Made by a program: the position numbers and the translations under genes. A model generated the notes under the pieces. That model saw only the letters and a program-made list of their open reading frames with translations. It had not been told where the DNA came from and made no database searches. From Piromyces finnis finn (taxonomy: Eukaryota > Fungi > Neocallimastigomycota), in NCBI GenBank assembly GCA_002104945.1, contig MCFH01000019.1, positions 186,001 to 250,000 of the forward strand: a stretch of DNA of 64,000 bases, written 5' to 3'. Numbering within the stretch: position 1 is the stretch's first letter; the number at the start of each line of letters is the position of its first letter. Below, in pieces: positions 54,416-64,000 of this stretch.

Positions 54416-54708
54416 TGAATAATTATAGCTTTAAATAAATATCTTTTACTAATTAAATAAATGAATAATTATAGTTTTAAATAAATCTCTTTTAATTAGA
54501 TGAATGAATAATTATAGTTTTAAATAAATCTCTTTTAATTAGATGAATGAATAATTATAAATTTAAATAAATTCTTTTAATTAAATGAATGAATGAAGGA
54601 ATAATTATAAATTTAAATAAATTCTTTTAATTAAATGAATGAATAATTACATTTTTAAATAAATTCTTTTAGTTGAATGAATGGATAATTATAGCTTTAA
54701 ATAAATTA
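54416..54708 (+). repeat. ~42-50-bp AT-rich minisatellite, ~7 copies
   Basis: The unit gaataattatagttttaaataaatctcttttaattagatgaat recurs with variants. Confidence 0.85.
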
Positions 54709-55842
54709 TTAAAAATATTATTTTTTAATCTAAACAAAATAGTATATATTACTTTATACTATCAAGTATATTAATTTATATTATTCATATATATTATTTG
54801 AATGGATAATAAATTATTCCTTTTTTTAATTAAAATCATTTTATTATAAAATAAAATTTAATAGAAATAACTTTAATAATTATAAAAATCTATTCCTAAT
54901 CCAGTAAAACTAACGAAATTCAAATTTTATAAATAAAAATTATAAAAAATCAAATGAATATTTAAATATGAAAATTTCAGTACTTTTTTTAAAGTATAGC
55001 TTTTTTATTTTTTGAATTATTTCATTATATATAATTATGTCTTTTTAAAAAAAAGAAAAGAAGAAGAAGAAATACTTTTTTTTTTTATTTAAATAAAAGT
55101 GAAATAGAAAGACAGTTTTAGCTCTTTTATATTAATTATATATAATTGACTTATATATATAAACCAATGAAATAATTTATATTTTTGTAATTAATTTGAT
55201 TCAATTGATACTCTTTCATTTATACAAGCTTTTTGATAAAGTGATATAACATATACACTTTTTTTTTTTTAACAAATAAAAAAGAAAGCAAAAGAAATAT
55301 TTAAAATTACTACTATTTATTCAAAAAATATAATATTTATATTATCTGGAGGAATAAATAAATCATTTTAAATATCGTATTATTCAATTTTTATATATAA
55401 AAAAAATACAAATTTATTTACAAAAGTAAAAACAAACAAAAAATATAAAGCTATTTATTAAAGAAAAGAATAGAAAAAAAAAAGATTCAATACAAATTCA
55501 TATCTCTAATAAAAACTATTTACGAATAAAAAAAAAAAAGCAACTAAATTTTTTTGCAAATTATTAATTGATTTAATAATTCTATTATCAAAAGATATAA
55601 AGTCTATAAGCGTCAATTCCTATTTATTACTTCTTTTATATTTTTTTATTATATTTTATTTTTTATTTATTATTATGTAAGTAAAAATAAATAGTTGTAG
55701 TTATTTTGATATTATTATTAATAATAAGGTAATATTAAACTATTGTTCAAACATTAATTTTTTTTTTTAAAAAAAATTATATTTTATAATAATTTTAATT
55801 GTATTTGTGTATGCGGATACGGTAGAAACTTATATATATATA

Positions 55843-57630
55843 ATGCAAGTAGTACAAGAATCACATCAATTTTCTAGCCCAGTTACTAACTGGAAATCAA
55901 GGAACAGAAGAAAGCAACATTATCTTAATGTCAACAGTATTGGCAGTAAGATACAAAAGAGAGATTCATTAAAGTTAAAGTCTTCTAAATCTGTAAAGAG
56001 TCAACAAAACCCAAAGAATATTCCAGAAAGAAGTCAATCATTTAAATGCCCTCCTTCAAAAAAGGTTTCTCCATCGGCTACTTCAAATCCAATTACTATC
56101 CCATCAAATAACAAAAAGGTTAAATTTGTTGAAAATGAAAAAAGTTTGGTAAAAGATAACGATTTTTCCAATACTTCTTTTACTTTATCTTCTTCATTTT
56201 CAGCACCAAAATTTGCTACTCTTGATCATGCTCCAAGAAAGGCAGATACCTCTTTTAATGGCATCTATAGAAATATAAGTGTAAAGGAATCTTTTAAGGA
56301 AAAAAAGATTAACCTCCCAAAAATAAACACTTCTAACTTGACTAAAATTTTGGAAAATAAAATGAACTCTTACGATACTTCTTTTGAAATGAATAAAAGA
56401 TCTCCAACTGGTACAAAATCTCATGAATTTACTTGTAGTAGTGCCTCTACTCTTTGCCAATCTCCAAGCTTTGCTTCCATTAGCTTAAGTCAAGGTACTG
56501 CTAATTTAAGTCAAGAAATCGAATCTTGTTCCTACACTACCCTTTGTAATAGCCCAGAAGCTGATTGTAGTCAATTCTACTCTATGAGTAATGATCAACT
56601 CTTTAAATTATTACCAAAGAAAATTATAAAGGCTATCGATGATTACAAGGCTCAAAGTACCACTGAAATTTCTTATGAAAAGGGTGACTTTTTCTTTGTT
56701 GTCTCTGAAAATGAATCTTATTACTTTGTTACCAATCCATCAACCAAATCAAGTGGTAAATAATAAAAGAAAAAAAAATAATAATCCATAAAATATTTAT
56801 TTATTATTAATAATATTTGTTATACTTTAGGTTATGTTTTAAAGTACTCTTTTGAACAAGTAGATAATTTTGCTAAACCAAACCCAAATAAGATTTTAAC
56901 TGGTTTATCCCCAATTGTTGAAAAGGAAGATAGTATTTTATTAAAAGAATCAGATCCACTTTCAGATAGAGTAATGACTGCTAGCATTACTGAAGATATT
57001 ATCTCAAGAAATTCTCAAAATGCTTTTCCAATTGAAATTTCCAAAATTGATGGTACTGTCGCTGTATTAAACCGTTCCTACAATGATATTTGTCAACTTC
57101 ATCACGCTCTTTTGGAAAACTTCCCAGAAGATTCTGGAAGCGAAGATCAAGAAAGAATTTTACCATTTCTACCTTCACATGATGCCATTTTCAACCATCC
57201 AAAAAAATCACCACGTCAAATTTTGAATACTTACTTACAATTATTAACACAATTACCAAATGATATCCAATTTTCATATCCATTTGAACATTTCTTTAAT
57301 ATTCGTAAAGATGACATTTTATCTTCAATTTACGTTGTTTCACAGTTAAATTTCTTTGAAACTGAAAAGGAACAAGAAGAACAAACCGTTAAAGTTAAAG
57401 TTATTGTTGAAAATAAGGAATCTGTTAAAAATGAAATACAAATTATTCGTGTCTCACCAAAAATTAAGTATTTCGATTTATTTGATGATTTAGAAGAAAG
57501 ATTCCAATGTACCTTTGTAAATTTTTACTTCTGTAACGAAAACAATGAAAAGGTCAAAGTATTTGGTGACCGTGATTTAAAGCTTTTCTTCAATTCCAAC
57601 AGTTTAAGTTATGTTTTATACGCTAAATAA
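55843..57630 (+). CDS. SH3-PX-PB1 scaffold (Bem1/Scd2-like); exons 55843-56755 and 56831-57630
   Basis: SH3: KAIDDYKAQSTTEISYEKGDFFFV...SGYV. PX: LNRSYNDICQLHHALLENFP...ILPFLP. PB1: VKVKV...NENNEKVKVFGDRDL. The GT-AG intron keeps the frame. Confidence 0.85.
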
Positions 57631-59402
57631 ATAAAATAATTACGCCGAGAAAAAAAAATATTTAAAAAGAAAAAAAAGTACATATCAAAAATTTTTCTTT
57701 AGAAAAAAACGCTCCATGAAATTATTCTACCATGAAAAAGACTAGTCATGACAACAAAATTTGTTGTAAAAATAAAAACAAAAAAAATTTCAAGAAAATG
57801 ATAATTAAAAAAAAAAAAAAAACAGTACAAAAAATTAAATGACAAGTAATTTCCTTATCTTTCTAAAGGCAAGGTATTATTTATCATATGTGAGCAATTG
57901 ATATTTTTTTTTCTATTTTTTTTTTCCAAAAAAAAAAAGGAAAAAAGGAATTAAAATTCAAACTTGTTATTTTTGGTTAGTTTTTTTTTTTTTAATAAAC
58001 TAAGACTAATCAAAATTCTAGGAAGGATTAAAATTTCTATTTCTATTCATATGTTTATTTATTTACACAATAATGCTTTCTCATTTATTTATCTATCTAT
58101 ATATATATATATTGGTATTTAAAAAAAAAAAAAAAGCAAAAGTAAAAACATAATAGTTATAGAATATATAAGAATATATAAGATTTATCCTTTATATATA
58201 ATTAAATATTTTATAATGCAAGAAAAAGCAAAATAAACAAATAATTTTTTTAAAAAAAATATTGTAATAACAATTTACAATAATGATATATTATCGTTAC
58301 AAAAAAGAGTAAATGTTATTTACAAAAACAAAACAAACAAAAAACAAAACTTTAACTTTTAAAAGCAAAAGCGATTTTAATTTTTAAAACTGTTTATACA
58401 AAACTATCCAACAAGAAATATTTAATATTAGTTTAAAAAAATAAAAAATTAAAATTAAGCAAAGCAAACAAAGCAATTTAATGGTTTTTATAAGAAAAAG
58501 AAAAATTTTCAAATTATAATCTTAATATCAATGTAATAAGATTATAACATTTTGATCATTAGCAAGAAAATGATTATCCATTCCATTTTTTTTTTTAATC
58601 TTAAAAAACCAACCAACCAACCAACCAAAAAAAAAAAGAAATTTAGATTATTTATTATTTCAAATTAGAAATTGATAATCCAAATTTTAGTTTAATAGGT
58701 TTAAAAAGAAAATATTTTCATATAATTTTTTTTTTTTAACTGGTTAAGCAATTTTGTAATATATAAAAAAGAATATTTTTATTTTTAGTCTAAACGAATC
58801 ATACCCACAAAGCATATCTATCTTTTCTTTTTTTTTAAAAAAAAAGAAAAGAAAAATAATTAAAAATACACTTTTACTTTATATATATATATGCATAAAT
58901 AATAAGTAGAAATCGATAAAATTCATTAAAATTACAATAAAAAAAAAAATTTTTTTTTTTTCCAATTTGACAAATTAAAATACCATTCAACCCTTTTTTT
59001 GAATAATAAACATATATAAAAAAAAAAGAAGTAATGAAAAAAAAAAAAAATTATTATTAGAATTATATATAAAAAAAAAAAATAAAATAAAAAAAAAAAA
59101 AAAGCACAGAGCAAACTATTATTATTCCCTCATAAATAAAATAAAAAAAAAAAATATTAAAAAACAAAAATTTATTTTATTTGCCTTTTATGTAAAAAAA
59201 AAAAAAGGGAAACAATGTCAAGTGTATATTAGAGTGTTTTTTTTTTTTTTATAAAATTTTAATAATTTTTATTTTTAAAAGTAGGTCAATAGAGGTAATG
59301 ATATAGAAGAGTTTTATAGGAATATTTTTTTTCTTTCTTGATATATAGAAGGGTTAAATTGCGATTTTACAACCACAAAAGCTTTATCCATAGACCATCA
59401 TG

Positions 59403-60740
59403 CGATGCTATGGTGGGCTTTTTTTTTTTTTGTAGATGATATAGTCCATCAAGAAGATGTTTAAAAAAAAAATAAAAAGTTGTTCAAAAGAGTTAATAAA
59501 TGGGCTTTGCCTAATGAAATGGAATTTGATATTTAGAAAGGATGGTGATTCATCCTGATTCAGTAGAAAATCCGGACAAGAAAGATTCAACATTTTTTTT
59601 TTTTTTTTACTTTACAGGAAAACCTATTTTCAACTACTGATTGCTGCTGTTACACGTTTGGTATTCCATTGGATAAGAATTTGTCTCTTAACCCTAGTGA
59701 TTAAGACCTCTTAATAATAAGGTTTTGAAAGGACTTTTTTTTTTTTCAGTCAGTAAATTCTTAAGAAATCCTAATATTCCTATTCCTTTCAAAAAAAATA
59801 GTACTTAACTCCCAAGTAGTGATCATCAGAGTTTCATACTTTTCATCATTATTTGGATCCAACAAAGCTAGGTCTAGGATTGCTCAGAAGTATGTTAACA
59901 AAGGAATACGATGGGTTGCCAGAGTTCATAAAGTTGTATCATTTATATCGCTATACTTCTAACTCAAAAGATTTGAATATTCCTTCATTGTCGGTCAAAT
60001 GGGCATTAGCTCAGGCGAAGATGCTTTTAACAAATGGAAAAAAAAATCAAATTGTATTATTTCAATACCTTGTCAATTACATTTCTAAATTTAAAAAAAT
60101 ATACATGGTGCAAAATCAAGTAGGACACTTGATAAAAAATTAAAAAAGCCCTGAAGATAGTTAAAAATTTTTATTGGAAAGATCTCAAAGGAAATTCAAA
60201 CAAAGCCCAATACTATGAAGATAATAAATTTATTGAAACTAAAGATTTTATTAAATTATGTTATGAGCGTTTGCCTATGATTTCTACTAGCTATTGAAAG
60301 CAAAAAGTGTCCGATTCAATCGGACATTTACGAAGGAACACCATTCTTGATGGTAACAACGGAACTTTTAATCAAAATTATGCCTTTTACTATTGGCCAG
60401 CAATGGTCAATGTTCAAAAAGTTTGTGAAGTAATAGCCAAGAGTGTCAATACTGAAGAAACAATAAGACAGGCCAGGGGGGGGCCAGCGCAACCAATGGA
60501 GATCATAATTTTGTTCCATAACAAAGTTTTTGATCTTTTGACTCTGTGTCCCATTGGAAATCAAATCCAATTATTATACTTTAGTAGAATAGTGGCTTTC
60601 TTACTTTAATGACTAGAATACATTATACCCAATTTTTTATTCAAATGTGTTGATTTAAGCCTATTTTTTTTAATATTTTTATTTTTTTTTATAGCATGTA
60701 TTATAATTTTAATTAAATTAATAAAGTTTAAAAATAGTTG
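59403..60740 (+). mobile_element. Decayed, 5'-truncated copy of the same LINE family with an internal deletion
   Basis: Colinear with ~5252-6132 and then ~6673-7118 of the intact element. Contains frameshifts and stops, and lacks a poly(A) tail. Confidence 0.92.
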
Positions 60741-61349
60741 ACTATTTTTTTCAAACGCCATTTCCTCCAAAAATCTATTCTTACTACCTTTATGAAATTT
60801 AAATAAAGATCAGAAATTCTTTGTATATTACAATATAAAATTTAAAATTAAAGGATAAGTATTTTTTTTTTTTTTGAATCCTATATTTACTTACTTTGAA
60901 TTATTATAATCTTAAAAAAATTTTTTTTTTCTTTTTGGTTATTAAACAAATATTCGTTTATCTTTAGTTAAATTCTTCACAATTTCCACTTACTTCATTT
61001 TGAGTAAGATATGGACTCACTTCTAGTACAGTAGGGAAATCATTTCCTATACTTTTTTTTATTATATATATAAAAATAAAAAATTCTATTCCTTATTGCA
61101 TTATTGTGTATAAATAATAATCATATTCTATTCTAGTCATAAAATATTAATTATTAACAAATAATAAATAATAATGATTATCCATTACATAGTTTTATAT
61201 AAAATATATATGTATGTATTATAAAATGAAATATTACTTTACTATATAAAATACTTTTTTTTTTTATTTAATTAGTTTGTAATTATGAATAATCAATTAA
61301 AATACCAATGCTTTTTTTTTTTTTTATTTACTTGATCTTATACTTTCAA

Positions 61350-62011
61350 TTAGTTTATCATTTTTACTAAAGATACAAATAAAATAAAGATTACTAATGA
61401 ACATAGTATTAAATTTTATTGTAGGTCGGATACGTGTGTGTGTATATGTAAATAAATTTAATAATTCATTTTATTATATTGATTTCCCAAATGAAAATGG
61501 AACTTTAAAAACTTTTACTGTTGAAAATTGTTCTTATGATAACACCATATTAGTATTAGAAAATTGGGAAACTAGCACCTATCATTATGATAATAATCAG
61601 ATTGCTTTTCCAATCGATGCAAAAATAATTTTTTGTGTTTTTAATAAAGATAATCCAATAATTTGTTGTGCTGTAATTTATACTCATTCAATACTATTTA
61701 GAAAAAGACATTCATAAATTGGGTTAAAACTCCTAATGAACCATGTATGTAGTTATGAGTTTTATAATACATAACTACATACATATGTATTATAAAATAT
61801 ATATGTCTGTAGTTATGATGACGAATGTCCTTTTAAATTGTGCGATATAAAAGAGAAAATATGTAATAGATATATGGATGGTCCTTTTAAATTGTGCGAT
61901 ATAAAAGAGAAAATATGTAATAGATATATGGATGGTCCTTTTAAATTGTGCGATAACAACAGGAATTCAAATCTACATATGGATTATTGTATTCGTATGC
62001 CTATGCTCTAG
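61350..62011 (+). pseudogene. Probable disrupted coding sequence of unknown family, ending in an 18-aa Cys-containing repeat
   Basis: Protein-like frames are offset around a (tg)n tract at ~61432. The 106-aa ORF at 61397-61717 is followed by an open frame 61814-62011 (YDDECPFKLCDIKEKICNRYMDGPFKLC...). Confidence 0.35.
61827..61955 (+). repeat. 54-bp tandem repeat (2.4 copies)
   Basis: gtccttttaaattgtgcgata at 61827, 61881 and 61935. Confidence 0.92.
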
Positions 62012-63642
62012 TATATATATTATTGTATACATAAAAATAGAAATATAAAAAATAATTAAACCAGAAAGTAATTCGAATGCACATCTTTTTAAGTAATATA
62101 TATTTTTTAACTTTTATAAAATAAAACATTATTATTTATTTTTTTTCAATAAAAGTGTATAAATAGTATTAATTATATACAAATATTAAATCAATAATAC
62201 AACTAATAAAAAATGGATCATAAGTACTTTATAAAAACAAAACCTGTACCATTTATATCTAAAAAAATCTACAACATCAAAAAAAAAAAAGGACAATTTT
62301 GACTTTATAATAATCAGCATATCAATATAATAAATAAATATATTTTTATATGTTATTGTTGTTATTGTTGTTGTTATTGTTCAGTATTCTGTTAATAAAA
62401 ATTTTTTTTTTAATTCGTATTGTTCGGTTCTATTACCTTATAGGAATAATTTTAATAAGGTGAAAAACAAAAAAAAAAAAAAGTCCATAGAAACTTTTAT
62501 TCCTAGTGTAACCAATACTAATACTAACAACAGTAATAAAAAAAAAAAGTAAAGAATAATAACAACATGAAAAAGACTATTTCATGAAAATTAGGAAAAC
62601 CTTTTTTAAAAAGTTCAAAAATAAAATGTAAAATAATGTAATTGTAATTGTAATTGTAGAATTTTGAAATTATGTATGATCCATTTTTTATTGAAAAAAA
62701 AGAGTAGGAATAATGAATTATTGTAAATCCATATAAGAAAAAGAAAGAGATTACTTCTTTCTTTATTATTATATAAAAGTACTCTTTTTTTTTTTTTTTT
62801 TTCAGCTTTAGACACGTCAAAAAAAAAAAAAAAACCCATTAAAAAGTGGTCTTTTCAAAGTAAAAAAATAGATATCACAATATATACACGTGCAATAATT
62901 TATTTATGTAATTTCACATAGATCAATTTTTCTGTGGCTGAAATTCATGATCGAAAAAAAACTCGGATAAAATTCTTTGAACATGATAGAGTGTCATTCT
63001 TTAATAAAAGTTTCCATTCGCCTTTTATTATTTATTTATTATAAAAAATGAAAAAAAAAAAAAAAGTTTCTTCTTTCCCAGTGCTTCTTCAAACCATTTT
63101 TATTTTTCTTGCCTTCACCACCTTTCTTTTTTTATATTTATTAAAAAAAAAAAGTTACACTTTTTTTCAAGAATTAAAGTTTTCTTTTTGACATTTTTCT
63201 TTCTTTGATAATGTTTTTTATTAAAATTCAATATATTAGAATATATTGTAATATATTAAAATTAAATATTTAAAATAAAAAAAAGGATTTCATTCCATTT
63301 TGACTTTTAAAAAAATGACACCATTTCCATTTTTTGGAAAATATATGAAACTATATTATCCATTATAATCTAATATATTGACGCCATTTATTTGAATTTT
63401 TTTTTATTATATAATCAAAAAAAATTATTCCTTTTTTTTTTTTAATTATTCATCTTTTCAAATAAAAAATATTTTATTTATTATTTTTTTATATATAAAA
63501 CTAATCGATTAAAAAAAAAAAAGATTATTATTTATAAATAAAAAAAGATTGAAATAAACGTTCCATCTCTATTATTTATTAAAAAAAAGGAAATATCGTT
63601 TCAATAATAATTTAAAAAAAAGAAAAGAAATAATAATACAAA

Positions 63643-64000
63643 ATGCCAGCTATTGTTGATCCAAGTACCATGGAATACATGGATGTCAAGGGTAATGTCC
63701 ACTCTACTGAAAGTTTAGCTTGTCTTGAAGGTCCAGGAAACAGATTCCTTTTATTCTTAAACGGGTATGCATTTAAATATTTTACTTTTTTGATACAATT
63801 AATGAAAAAAAATAATTTTCAATAATTGGAAATTTGTTTTTCATTCATGGTTTTTTTTTTTTTTAAGAAAAGATACTCATTTTATATATATATATATATA
63901 TAAATATTAATTACATATGTATATCAATGATATGTTAAAAAAAGTTGTGCTGCTCGTTGTTTATATTGTTCTAACCCAGATACTTGGGATGAAACTATTG
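63643..64000 (+). CDS. pflA: Pyruvate formate-lyase activating enzyme (radical SAM), 5' part; exons 63643-63764 and 63945->64000
   Basis: The spliced product [40 protein letters not shown] matches the PflA N-terminus with its CxxxCxxC motif. Confidence 0.93.

Noticed and set aside
58932-59114. Small F/K-rich ORFs in intergenic DNA (also 38182-38756, 44757-44951, 62524-62839)
   Set aside because: Products of poly(A)/poly(T) tracts or antisense to introns.
59853-60609. ORFs 59853-60143, 60307-60609 and 60328-60570 as genes
   Set aside because: Frameshifted fragments of the decayed LINE copy.
61827-61955. 54-bp or 44-bp repeats as a CRISPR array
   Set aside because: No unique spacers, contiguous tandem units, eukaryotic context and no cas genes.

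Overview
Extremely AT-rich, intron-containing eukaryotic DNA. It is most likely from an anaerobic gut fungus (Neocallimastigomycota); this is inferred from the composition and from a spliced, bacterial-type PFL-activating enzyme gene. Bases 1-18.5 kb are a non-coding array of ~2.55-kb arms in alternating orientation, separated by two kinds of ~270-340-bp loops (period ~5.72 kb). The array forms nested giant palindromes centred near 10,758. One arm is interrupted by an intact, poly(A)-tailed, single-ORF LINE (RRM-like + APE + RT + CCHC) whose 5' end carries tandem structured monomers. The rest of the window holds: a single-pass membrane protein with a 33-aa repeat and NPF/FFAT-like tail, a PH-domain protein, a spliced cyclin K/T-like gene, a DCAF4/WDR21-like WD40 gene, primase large subunit, PRP4, an AIP/AIPL1-like FKBP-TPR gene, a Bem1/Scd2-like SH3-PX-PB1 gene, a decayed second LINE copy, a probable pseudogene and the 5' end of pflA. 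Several micro- and minisatellites lie between them. All alignments, exon calls and family assignments were made by eye; no database search was run.
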